From Spirochaetia bacterium (GTDB lineage: Bacteria; Spirochaetota; Spirochaetia; SZUA-6; Bin103), in NCBI GenBank assembly GCA_965203905.1, contig CBDBDQ010000005.1, positions 6,720,001-6,784,000 on the forward strand: a DNA stretch of 64,000 nt, given 5' to 3'. Numbering within the stretch: position 1 is the first letter of the stretch; each line of letters begins with the position of its first letter. The notes beneath the pieces were generated by a model. It ran no database searches and was not told the origin of the DNA. It saw nothing but the letters and a program-made list of their open reading frames with translations. Below, in pieces: positions 1-9,805 of the stretch. The translations under genes and the position numbers were made by a program.

Positions 1-1632
1 TACTTCTATAGCTGGATACACGGACCATACTATCCGTGGAGAAGGGTCACCGAGATCAGACTTTCCAAGGGATCGCTCATTGACGGCGACATTGTTACTC
101 TACATTGGGGTGGCAAGCTTGGTTTCGAGGTCTCACGGTATTCCGTGCAATACCCATTCTTGGTCGTCGTCGATCCCCACGGCAACGATGAAGAGCGTTA
201 TGTCTTCTCCGAAAAAATCATCGTGCGTATCGTAGGATATACACCAGCGCGTCTAAAAATTTCTATTCCGTCGGAGATTCGCGATGACACCAGGATCACT
301 GCCTCACTAAAAGTCGAGGACGAATATGGAAATCCTGTAGATCGGTTCAGTGGACACGTAAGACTCACTGGCGCCGACCACAGCCAAGTACCGGACTTGG
401 ATCGCGAAATCCATTTTGCAGCGGAGGATGGGGGTCTAAAAAAGGTTGCACTCGATGTCCGCAAGCGAAGCACGTACTTCACCATACAGGGGCAGATTGA
501 TGGTGGAGCGTTTTTTCGTAGCAACCAAGCCAAACTCATCGACGGGCCCACCGAATACAACCTGGTATGGGGCGATGTGCATGCCCATTGTCTGGATGGA
601 ATCGGTATGGCCACACTACAGGAATGTTACGAATACGCGCGAGATGCAGCCTGCTTGGACTATATTGCAATTGCTGCCAACGATGCTTTCATTACCGATG
701 ATTGTTGGGAAAAGTACAAGAAGCTGGCGGATGAAAATCATAGAGACGGAGAATTCGTCACCTTTTTGGCTTATGAATGGCATGGTGTCTCGGCCAAGGG
801 TGGCGATCATGTGGTGGTCTTCAGGAATACCGACGAGCCTATCCATCGCTCATCCAGATTCTCGGTGGGAATCAACGATGATTTGATTGAGGGCGACCCG
901 AACCGCAACGAAGACTATACAGATGCCGACACTATCGAGGAACTGTACGAGCTGTTAAAGGACAAACGCGTGTTCTTGGTGCCGCACGTATGTGGATTCA
1001 AGGCAGATCTCGACAGACACTATGAATCGATCGAACCCATTGTCGAGATATGGTCACACCACGGCGACTTCACGGATTTTGGGGAAGACGCGCTGCGTAG
1101 AGGATACCGGGTAGGATTGATTAGCAACTGTGATGATCACACCGGGCATACCGGTGACTCGTATCCCTATTACCGCGATCGTCCCATGATTTATGATTTG
1201 CATGAGGATCCGTATCCCGGAAAGAGGGAGATGCAGCACGGGGGAGTGACGGGCGCCTATATCAGAGGGCCGATGACACGTGATTCGGTTCTTGAGGCTT
1301 ATTATTCGCGCCGTGTGTACGGCACTTCGGGTGTCAAAATATTGTTAAACTTCACTCTAAACTCTTCCCCTATGGGAAGTGTAGTACCACTTACGGATCC
1401 AAGAATGCGAAAGCATCTTGAAATCGAAGCGGCAGGCACCTCAAGAATAACTAAAGTCGAGATCAGTAAGAATCTAGAGATTATTGAGACCGTTGAAGTA
1501 AATGCACTTACAACCAAGGTCGAGTTTGATGATACTCAAGCTGCAAACGAAGGAGACTACTATATCGTCAAAGTGTTTCAGGACGATTACAACTTGGCTT
1601 GGTCTTCTCCGATCTGGTTAAAATCGTCCTGA
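1..1632 (+). CDS. DUF3604-like PHP-fold metallohydrolase (5'-truncated by window)
   Basis: Frame is open from base 1 (YFYSWIHGPYYPW...) into the 145..1632 ORF. Motifs WGDVHAH, AYEW, GGDH, VPH, EIWSHHG, NCDDH, YGTSG and a C-terminal AWSSPIW. Confidence 0.75.
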   Translation, partial: YFYSWIHGPYYPWRRVTEIRLSKGSLIDGDIVTLHWGGKLGFEVSRYSVQYPFLVVVDPHGNDEERYVFSEKIIVRIVGYTPARLKISIPSEIRDDTRITASLKVEDEYGNPVDRFSGHVRLTGADHSQVPDLDREIHFAAEDGGLKKVALDVRKRSTYFTIQGQIDGGAFFRSNQAKLIDGPTEYNLVWGDVHAHCLDGIGMATLQECYEYARDAACLDYIAIAANDAFITDDCWEKYKKLADENHRDGEFVTFLAYEWHGVSAKGGDHVVVFRNTDEPIHRSSRFSVGINDDLIEGDPNRNEDYTDADTIEELYELLKDKRVFLVPHVCGFKADLDRHYESIEPIVEIWSHHGDFTDFGEDALRRGYRVGLISNCDDHTGHTGDSYPYYRDRPMIYDLHEDPYPGKREMQHGGVTGAYIRGPMTRDSVLEAYYSRRVYGTSGVKILLNFTLNSSPMGSVVPLTDPRMRKHLEIEAAGTSRITKVEISKNLEIIETVEVNALTTKVEFDDTQAANEGDYYIVKVFQDDYNLAWSSPIWLKSS

Positions 1633-1666
1633 TCTGCGCCCAAGACTGCGCGAGTCCTACTCAACC

Positions 1667-1711
1667 GGGGCCACGGGCGACCAGTTGTTCGCCGTGATCG
1701 ACGATGGCCCC
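1667..1711. terminator. stem-loop between convergent genes
   Basis: GGGGCCA...TGGCCCC enclosing CACGGGCGA/TCGCCGTG. No clear U-tract. Confidence 0.4.
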
Positions 1712-1832
1712 GTCCAGTCAACCACAACTTTGGACCAAACTCAAGGCCGCTGAAGCGACTCCCCAACCGCTCATCGGCTCGGCAGCACAGTTCGCGTACC
1801 TCAAGACTGTGGATGCTTCCCACTGCCGGCTA

Positions 1833-4418
1833 TTAGCCCACGCCGCCTTTAAGCTCCACTATCTTGTACGGCAACTCCTCTTCCCACGATGGCCAAAGCC
1901 ATCCACCACCCTCCGGCGGTAACATCTCAAGGTAGAACATAAGGTCCCAACGATCGGGAATCTCTCGCTTATCTATTACATACAAAAACTGATTCATGAG
2001 ATTTCTCTTCATTGGCGCTTCGATCCAGTCCAGTTTATTGTTTACCGCGCGATAGTGAATAACCACCTGTTCTACCAGGACACCTCCTTCAATGAGGACC
2101 TTTATTGGTATATCGACTGTGCGCTGCACTGACTCTGGATAAATCAGCTTCAATTTCGGAACCGGACGTCGTGCGGTCTCGCCAGCAAAAATGGTGCATG
2201 CCTCATACAATGTCTCATCTCTCTCCAGAAGCTCTACCACATGCCTTACGTCTCGCTCTACGACGGGTACAAAATCCTTCCAATGAGTACCCTGGTATGG
2301 TAGTGCCAACGTCTGCTGCCCAAACACCAGCTTCTTATTGTACACGCCGTCCGTGTGATGAACAATCTCCTTCCATATTGCTGCTGCATTTTCAATGTGC
2401 GTCCTTGCCTGCATCAGACGCCCTTTATTCTCGGTAAACTCGTAGAACCCGAGATGGGTCGCAGCCAACAACTTCTCTGCATGAAATTCAGCCAGGAAAC
2501 CAGCGATTCTAAAGTCCAAAACCGTTGCTTTGAATTCAGCTGAAATCGTTCTAGCATTGATACGCTCAGCATCTGCAACCGCGTGATGCGTCGCACAGCC
2601 TAGTTGTTTAAGGCTTGTGCTAACTTGAAAAGGAGTCCACTTGCCACCAACGGAACCTCGCACCGCATCCTCGACATAGCCTGAAACATCCTCCTGCCAA
2701 CTCTCGCTGTCCCAGGACGGCGTCTCTCTAAAGCTCCTAATGGCGTAGAATTGAGACGTGTCCCCTGGTTGTACCAACGCATATTCCGCAAGTGGATAGC
2801 CCGGCTCCAGTTCATGCCATAGGCGCCACTCGCTAGCCGAAGCCATTCGTGTTGCGGTAATAAGGGGTATAATTTTGCCCGCTACACGATACGCTCTTTC
2901 AATGCTACCAGCAGCCGCCTGAAATCTGCTACCCAGCTCGCGTTGGTAAATCTGCGGCGCGCAGTCCGGATTATATCCAAAGCGCCCGAATACCAAATAG
3001 AACATCCAATAGCGTTCATATTCATGGTGATACGATTCGTAAGTGGGATCCACAAAAATACGCCAATCTCCCGGTGCATCACCATATCCTTTATTACTGA
3101 GGGGTGCGAATACCTCGAATCCGATGCCGCTTCCGAATTTGCAGCTCCTAGCGAAACGCTCAGCATATTCGGGATCACCCCATAGCAGCAAGCGGTGACT
3201 ACCTACGGTCCAAAGTCGATACATAACGTCATAGGAGCGAGGAGTAGCGAGAATGTCTCCATATCCATACCGTGTTTCATCGCGATAGTTACTGTCAATG
3301 GAAGCTGGGTGATACGGCAGTCCCATGTGTTCCTGCCAATACTTGGTCGACACAATCACCTCTAAGCCCTCGCTGAGAGCGGCCTGTATCGTACTCCCTC
3401 TTAATCCCTTCAGCCGCAAGTCTACGCGCATCGGCCGACCACTGTTCCGCATAGCCTTAAATTGTGCCGAAAAAAAATCGGTCTGCAATTGCTCTGATAT
3501 GCCACACTCATTATTGACACGAAATTGCACACACTTTATATTCGGACAAGCAATCAGCAGCTTGTTCAAGGCGATCGCACAGTATTCTTTTGGATATTCA
3601 GGCAGTCCGTCTACGTCTATGTCACTTAATCCCGGAACCTGGCCTAACTCAGGCAACCAGCCGCACTGCATCCATATTGAGAAAGTAAAATCAATACCAT
3701 AATCGCATGCCAGATCTGATATGTACTTTAGCATTTCTAGATTTCGACTCTGTTCATCTTGTCGAAGGTGTCTTGCTCTTATGTAAGGAAACTCTGGCAC
3801 ATCTATAAGATAGGGATAGGGAGGGTTTAGATAGGTTGTGTGATCGGCGAATGTTAAGGCGAAAGTGTTGAACCGATGCACCGCTAGCATTCCAAAATAC
3901 TGCCGCCAGAAGTCCTTATCATAATACCATTGTTTCTCCAAGTCACGATTGAATAGATGAATTGTGACTCCCCGAATCTTAAGAAATGGGGTTTCCGAGG
4001 CATCGCTGATTTTGAGGAACGGATTGATCCCGGTTGCGGCAAGCTCAATGCAACGAGCAACGTCCAGCAACGCATACATCAGGCCCTTAGCATCTCTTCC
4101 AGCGATGATCTTTAGCGTTGCAGGGCCCCTTGTTATGCTCTTAATGCAGTATGCTTCTGCCGTATCGGTTAAACTTCCCGATATTGCGCTTTGAACTTCG
4201 CTACTACAAAAATCAGAATCCGTACCAACAATACCTATGAGCACCGATGGAGTAGTAAGTCCCTCCATATCATGGGCTATGGAATAGCGAACACCTTTAC
4301 TTCTTAGTGCCCGAGTTAGCCTGAGTAAGCCATGCCTGGCTGGAGCGCAGAGATCAGCTTCTGTCATAAGTTTCAGCACGGCCTCTTTAGGCCATGTTCC
4401 GCTCTCGAATACGTCCAT
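1833..4418 (-). CDS. uncharacterised glycoside-hydrolase-like protein (GH20/GH67-type N-terminal domain plus barrel)
   Basis: 861 aa. EAYCIK...IIAGRDAKGLMYALLDVA followed by IRGV is typical of the N-domain that precedes GH barrels. No signal peptide. Confidence 0.55.
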   Translation of the reverse strand: MDVFESGTWPKEAVLKLMTEADLCAPARHGLLRLTRALRSKGVRYSIAHDMEGLTTPSVLIGIVGTDSDFCSSEVQSAISGSLTDTAEAYCIKSITRGPATLKIIAGRDAKGLMYALLDVARCIELAATGINPFLKISDASETPFLKIRGVTIHLFNRDLEKQWYYDKDFWRQYFGMLAVHRFNTFALTFADHTTYLNPPYPYLIDVPEFPYIRARHLRQDEQSRNLEMLKYISDLACDYGIDFTFSIWMQCGWLPELGQVPGLSDIDVDGLPEYPKEYCAIALNKLLIACPNIKCVQFRVNNECGISEQLQTDFFSAQFKAMRNSGRPMRVDLRLKGLRGSTIQAALSEGLEVIVSTKYWQEHMGLPYHPASIDSNYRDETRYGYGDILATPRSYDVMYRLWTVGSHRLLLWGDPEYAERFARSCKFGSGIGFEVFAPLSNKGYGDAPGDWRIFVDPTYESYHHEYERYWMFYLVFGRFGYNPDCAPQIYQRELGSRFQAAAGSIERAYRVAGKIIPLITATRMASASEWRLWHELEPGYPLAEYALVQPGDTSQFYAIRSFRETPSWDSESWQEDVSGYVEDAVRGSVGGKWTPFQVSTSLKQLGCATHHAVADAERINARTISAEFKATVLDFRIAGFLAEFHAEKLLAATHLGFYEFTENKGRLMQARTHIENAAAIWKEIVHHTDGVYNKKLVFGQQTLALPYQGTHWKDFVPVVERDVRHVVELLERDETLYEACTIFAGETARRPVPKLKLIYPESVQRTVDIPIKVLIEGGVLVEQVVIHYRAVNNKLDWIEAPMKRNLMNQFLYVIDKREIPDRWDLMFYLEMLPPEGGGWLWPSWEEELPYKIVELKGGVG

Positions 4419-4573
4419 GATTTCGCTTTCCGCCTTCTCAACTTCGGAGATGTGTTAGGTTTCGAGTGGCCGCGGCCGCTTTTCTGCGCCGATTGCTCGC
4501 AGCGAGTCGCTGGCGCCCCATCACATCAGGATCGCGACAGCAGCGCACTCAAGTCCTTCGTCATGGATGCCGC

Positions 4574-6547
4574 TTAGCGCCCAGAACCGGAATCGAACGT
4601 AAATAGTCTGCCGTCACGAACAATTCCAAAATCTCTCGCCTTTATCGTATTGTTCTGATAACAAAACTCTTCTCTGCTGAAATTCGCAATTATGGTTGTC
4701 CCATCTTCAAAAACCGTCTTTTGAACTCCATCAGTCCAGTAACATCCATCGTTCGTAGCCACCACTTGCGAATCTGAAATAAATTTGTGCTCGATCATCT
4801 CCGAGCAGAAAGTCTCGCGCAACGTCGTTGAAAGGAATTTTGAGATATTCTCAAGAGAAAACGGAAGCGTGTTATACAGAGCAACATACAGCAAATACTC
4901 GTCGCCGTAGAACATCTGTCTACTCTCCGTAAGAAAATTGAGCACCGAATCATGATACACGAGCTGAAAAAGAGGAATAGGGATGGGCCTCTGAGACCCT
5001 CCAAAGGAATAGTCGAAGAAGTGAACGCGAATAAACGCCCCCAAATCAACCACGCCAGCCAAGAACCCCTTTGGTGTAGACTCCGTCGCCACGGCGCCGA
5101 AATATCTCTTCGCTAATCTGAACACCTGCTCCCTTAACTTAGCATCGGCTTGCCTCGTCAGCGGATGCGCTCCGTCGAAGCACTCATAGAGCGATGTCTT
5201 GCCTCCCATAACATCGATGTAGATGGAGCCCTTGCCCACCATTTCCGCGATCCGGGGCATGTCCCGCTGCGCGAACCTTAGGCTCTCCGCGCTACAAATT
5301 GCGTAGCTCTTGCCACCTGCCCACATTCCTTTGTCAAGAAACTCCCCATGCCGCCCCTTGACAAGATAATCAGCGCTCCACTCCGGTGACCTCTTGTAAG
5401 CCTGCGAATAATTGTCGTGAACCGAAAACGTATAGCCGTCGCTTAAACTCTTTGCCCAGTCAGCTACCGTCCTAAATTCTTGCTCCGGGCCACGCCCCGC
5501 GTCACTCGCGAATCGCGCTGGCAATCCTGCATCGAAGCCTCCTGCCAACCAACCGGTGTTGTATACCACCAGCCTGTCGAACCCGCGCTTCTTAGCGGTC
5601 GTAAATACTTCTTCGGCGGTCCAGTTAGCTGGCTTCCCTTCATACACTGCCTGTCTAGGATCCATCACATACAGGCTGTAGTCCTTGCGTACTCCCGGAG
5701 GTCTTTCTTTGCAGAACACATTATGTTTCCAGACCACCGCTCCAACCAGATTCTCTACTTCGGGATGCTCCGCTATCTTCTCCTTCAAAGAAACGAAGCG
5801 ACGCCCTTCAACTAATCGTTTGCGGTAGGTTTTGGCCACATCAACATGCGTAACTTGCTGCATGAAGACGTATTCAACTGACCGTCTATAGTTAAGTCGG
5901 CCCTGTTCAAAAACAAATACAGGGCTGATTCCTACCTCTCTCTTCGAATTCTGATTGACCGACGTTCGAAACCTACAATCAAAAGGAGTGTCTACGATGC
6001 AGGTCATCCCGTGATTCCCGCGCAATATCCCGAATATTGGCATATTCAAGAAACCGTATATCCAATGATCCAGGCGGCCGCTGTATCCGTGCGGGAACCT
6101 GAGCATGATGCCGGCTCCATAAGGAAGCACAAGCTCACCTGGTTCACAGCTTCTGAATCCACCCAAATCGCATGGGAAGGCTATTTCGAGCTGCTCTTCA
6201 TCCATATTGTCAATGGGATCGATTGCTAGCACCAAAGAATTCTTACGCAGCGCAATCTCCAGATTGACAAGCAAATTTGGTCCGTTTTCAGGGGTTTGAT
6301 AATAGTGTCCCGGCCACCTCTTCCAGTACTTGAAATTATGCAGTGTGATGCTTATGCGATCTTGTGCCTTCGCAAATGCCGCCATGCAGTAACTTGGCGG
6401 CACCACGATGTGTCCGCCGTAGACGATTTGAAATAGATTCCTGCAGCTCCACGCAAAAGAGCTTTGCTTGTCGAAGACTACCAGAGAAAGAGTCTCTCTG
6501 TCGATCCGGACGTCCAACAACTCATTCTCTACGCAAATCGCAGCCAT
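4574..6547 (-). CDS. DUF5696 / GH129-like glycoside hydrolase
   Basis: 657 aa. Motifs GW..GGFD..LP, HDNY, W.GG, IYIDV (candidate catalytic Asp), ATES (candidate Glu), IPLFQLVYHD. Confidence 0.65.
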   Translation of the reverse strand: MAAICVENELLDVRIDRETLSLVVFDKQSSFAWSCRNLFQIVYGGHIVVPPSYCMAAFAKAQDRISITLHNFKYWKRWPGHYYQTPENGPNLLVNLEIALRKNSLVLAIDPIDNMDEEQLEIAFPCDLGGFRSCEPGELVLPYGAGIMLRFPHGYSGRLDHWIYGFLNMPIFGILRGNHGMTCIVDTPFDCRFRTSVNQNSKREVGISPVFVFEQGRLNYRRSVEYVFMQQVTHVDVAKTYRKRLVEGRRFVSLKEKIAEHPEVENLVGAVVWKHNVFCKERPPGVRKDYSLYVMDPRQAVYEGKPANWTAEEVFTTAKKRGFDRLVVYNTGWLAGGFDAGLPARFASDAGRGPEQEFRTVADWAKSLSDGYTFSVHDNYSQAYKRSPEWSADYLVKGRHGEFLDKGMWAGGKSYAICSAESLRFAQRDMPRIAEMVGKGSIYIDVMGGKTSLYECFDGAHPLTRQADAKLREQVFRLAKRYFGAVATESTPKGFLAGVVDLGAFIRVHFFDYSFGGSQRPIPIPLFQLVYHDSVLNFLTESRQMFYGDEYLLYVALYNTLPFSLENISKFLSTTLRETFCSEMIEHKFISDSQVVATNDGCYWTDGVQKTVFEDGTTIIANFSREEFCYQNNTIKARDFGIVRDGRLFTFDSGSGR

Positions 6548-6632
6548 CGTTCAGTGCGCCTCCCCAAAACACTGCGGTGATGTGAATCGGGACTGCCATT
6601 CGACCTGCGCCACGTTCTCTCTCCTGACCACC

Positions 6633-9600
6633 TTAGTCCGCCCCAAGGTCTTGCAGAGAAGGCCTCCACCCGGATTCAATTTTCGTGCACAACGCCACGA
6701 TGCTATTGAGATCACACTCCAAGTCTGGCTGCAGACCAGCCTCCAGGTAGCGGAGTGCGTTCGCTTTAATCACATGGAGACGCTGCGTCACGTCAGAGTC
6801 ACCGGCGAGTCGAATTTGCGCCAGCGCGGACCACGGCTGCGTCGGGACGGGATCCGGTTGATTCTCCGTGGCCGCTACGCGAAAGTAAGATTCAGCATCC
6901 GTGAAATTACCTTTAGCTTCCATAATGGTCCCGGCGACATAAAGAGTCATTGCGTCCGACCTCCGCAAGGGTTTTCCAAGGTGAAGATTCGGCGGGTACT
7001 CCAGAGCCTTTTTGACTGCACTACAGGCTTCGTCGTAGTTGCCTGCGAGCGCCTCCTGCACTGCTCTTTTACGATGCAGCCGCGACCACAGGTTGCGAAG
7101 ATCCTGCGACAGCTCGTAAGGATGGAACTCCATTGTGGCCAATAGCTGTTCAGCAAGATCATAGTCCCCTAAATCCACACAGAGCCTTGCTAATGTTTCC
7201 CGTGCTTCTTCGTTTCCCAGTACTTCGTCGGTGGCAGACTTGAATCGTGATAACCACGCGCGGTCTCGCTTTCCGCTCACCTCGAGTGCTCTGTCAAGCT
7301 GAATCCAAGCCGATGGATTGGGAGGACCGACCGAAACCGCTATTCCTAATTCCTTGACTGCTTCGTCCACATTTCCTCTCTCAAGATACACTATTCCAAG
7401 AGTGGTACGAAACAGAGAGTTCTCTGGATCAATCCTGCATGCCACTGAGAGATTAACGATAGCGTCGTCCAGTTGCCCAATCTCGGCCGACAAGCAGCCC
7501 AAACCGAAACATGCCACGGGATCATCACTATTAGCGATAAGCGAAAACTCAAGTGCTCTTTTCATCTGCCGGCCCCAAGCAAAGAAGCTGACATCGGGGG
7601 TGCCTGGAACATCGTATCCCATCCAATTCATGAGATAGTATGCCTGCGACGCCCCAGTCTCTGAAGTTACTCGCTGCAGCACCTGTATGGCTTCTTCCTT
7701 GGCTCCACACTCGTTATACCATAGTGCCACCTGAATGGCATCCGCGTCCTCCGTTTCACTGTCCGAGCGCACATGTAGATCTGTCCCGGGCTTACCTGCG
7801 AGATACATCTCCCACTCTGCTTGCACACTCACACCATGCTCGTCTTGTAACGCCTCACAAGCTACCGTCCAGGCTCTCATGTCTCCCCGAATCCGACTGT
7901 CTAAGGCCCGAAGAAACAAGAAAGTAGCGTTAGCCGGCTCCCGCTCCAGGCCGTAGTCCACAAGCATTCTGGCTTTGCTATGCTTGTCGCCTCTCAGTGC
8001 CTCGAGAGCCAGTTGCACTAGCGCTGGAACCACGTAGTCCACGCCAGTGGCGGCCGTTACGCAGAAGTCGGCGACCGCTTGAGCAGTGTCTCCGCTCCAC
8101 AGCGACGCAAGTCCGTGGAGATACAAAGCTTCATCATTTTGCGGATCTCTTTCAAGTGCTAAGGAGAGCTCCTTGAGAGCATCGCCATAGTCTTCAGTAA
8201 AAATACTTAGTAATCCCAACTGCAAGTGAACTTTCGAAAACCCAGAATCTTTTTCGAGCGCCATCCGGTAGCAGTGTCTCGCCAAGTCTTGTCTCTGCAT
8301 ACGTTGCCAATAGCAGCCTTTCAGATACAGTTGTTCGGCACTCATTTCTTTTGTAGGTTCAAATGAGTCGTACAAGCGGGGAGCACTTTTCGCCAACGGT
8401 GCACCATGCTTTGACCAGAAAAAAACGGTGTCATCTGCACCATAGACCGCTATTTCGTGGATCCTTTCCTTTGGCATCGTAAGCCGTACCTTGCAAGGCT
8501 CGCTGGGATCAAGGTCAAACCTCCCCGCAACTACCTGGTTGATTCTAAGACAACATCCATCTACAGCGGTGGTTGGAGAGATCCTCAGGTAGGTATCTCG
8601 TCCGTCCTCTTCAATGTCTATTGCGCCGTACATTGAAGCCGATCGGACATTTGACATGCTAGAGAACGGCATCCACCACTCTCGATGCGACAAAGTAGAA
8701 TAAGGACGCAGTACGCCTCGGTCCATCTGGGTCTGCGGGCGACCGCTTTGAATCTCCGCGACGGGCAGCGCAATATCAGCACCGATTCGGCCCCATAGTA
8801 GACCTTCTTCGCTGTTTCCCCAGGACCACAGCTTCTGTCCCTGGACCTTCCAGGGTGGCGCCCACCGAACAACGCCAAACCGCCAATCTTCGTAGCATAC
8901 GCCAAACCATCCAGCGACATTAGATGGACTGAACAGCCCTATCGGCTCGGGTATTTCCCGATAACGGCTATAATCGACGCCATGCATCAGCGGATAACCA
9001 TATTTTGTTGCGGTCTCCAGAAATGGCCCTTCATAATGACCAATCATTTGTTCGGTAGGAAAAGCGAATCGCAAAGTATCATGTGGCGTAATACCCGCAT
9101 TGATCCAACACATCCACGGCTGCGATAGCGGTGTCTGATTACTCATGAATTGATCAAGGATTACTCCACGATAGTCGTGTACCAATGTAATTCCAGCAGC
9201 TATGCTAGTTCCGGATCTCCGATCGATATGGTGAAAGAGAGCTTGCACGCCTTCGTTTGTCTTCTTGAGGTAGAGGGGCACCCGGCTCCAAGTTGCCACG
9301 CTATGTCCTATGGGAAAATTCCACTCAACACCTCCTGCGACATAGGCACCGCGAATGGCATTGTGTGCAGGCTTCATAACCTTCGGACAAAAAAACAGAT
9401 CTCTGCCGGTTATGCGATCAACCGCCTTGTATAGATGCATCCCCCAGTCCGGGAGTATGGTAATCTCCATCAGGCCGGAGCTCAACACAATCGCATCGTA
9501 CAGTCTTTCTTCTATCCTCGTAGTAAATGATTTCTGCCACTCATACGGGTATATGGAGCGAACTCCTCTACCAAAAAGCGGTGGGTTTAAATCCCGCGGC

Positions 9601-9680
9601 CCCAGGGCATAGGTTGGAATCGTAACTTGTCTGAAGTGCACATCAATGCCTAAATGAGAAAATGAATGCATTGCTAGCAT
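6633..9680 (-). CDS. DUF5107 domain protein with TPR repeats
   Basis: N-terminal IYPY, ILPDWG, KPA..AIRGAYVAGGVEWNFP.GH, GQKLWSWG, EIQSG, then many TPR-like helical repeats. Confidence 0.8.
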   Translation of the reverse strand: MLAMHSFSHLGIDVHFRQVTIPTYALGPRDLNPPLFGRGVRSIYPYEWQKSFTTRIEERLYDAIVLSSGLMEITILPDWGMHLYKAVDRITGRDLFFCPKVMKPAHNAIRGAYVAGGVEWNFPIGHSVATWSRVPLYLKKTNEGVQALFHHIDRRSGTSIAAGITLVHDYRGVILDQFMSNQTPLSQPWMCWINAGITPHDTLRFAFPTEQMIGHYEGPFLETATKYGYPLMHGVDYSRYREIPEPIGLFSPSNVAGWFGVCYEDWRFGVVRWAPPWKVQGQKLWSWGNSEEGLLWGRIGADIALPVAEIQSGRPQTQMDRGVLRPYSTLSHREWWMPFSSMSNVRSASMYGAIDIEEDGRDTYLRISPTTAVDGCCLRINQVVAGRFDLDPSEPCKVRLTMPKERIHEIAVYGADDTVFFWSKHGAPLAKSAPRLYDSFEPTKEMSAEQLYLKGCYWQRMQRQDLARHCYRMALEKDSGFSKVHLQLGLLSIFTEDYGDALKELSLALERDPQNDEALYLHGLASLWSGDTAQAVADFCVTAATGVDYVVPALVQLALEALRGDKHSKARMLVDYGLEREPANATFLFLRALDSRIRGDMRAWTVACEALQDEHGVSVQAEWEMYLAGKPGTDLHVRSDSETEDADAIQVALWYNECGAKEEAIQVLQRVTSETGASQAYYLMNWMGYDVPGTPDVSFFAWGRQMKRALEFSLIANSDDPVACFGLGCLSAEIGQLDDAIVNLSVACRIDPENSLFRTTLGIVYLERGNVDEAVKELGIAVSVGPPNPSAWIQLDRALEVSGKRDRAWLSRFKSATDEVLGNEEARETLARLCVDLGDYDLAEQLLATMEFHPYELSQDLRNLWSRLHRKRAVQEALAGNYDEACSAVKKALEYPPNLHLGKPLRRSDAMTLYVAGTIMEAKGNFTDAESYFRVAATENQPDPVPTQPWSALAQIRLAGDSDVTQRLHVIKANALRYLEAGLQPDLECDLNSIVALCTKIESGWRPSLQDLGAD

Positions 9681-9805
9681 ATCCCATCAACCACGGTAAG
9701 CACTCCGATCTCGAACTCGATCATATAGTGGATTGAGGGCCACCTGATGGATGGCCCACAATCCTCGTTATCTATGGCCACCAAAGCACTCGCATGGCCA
9801 TGGAC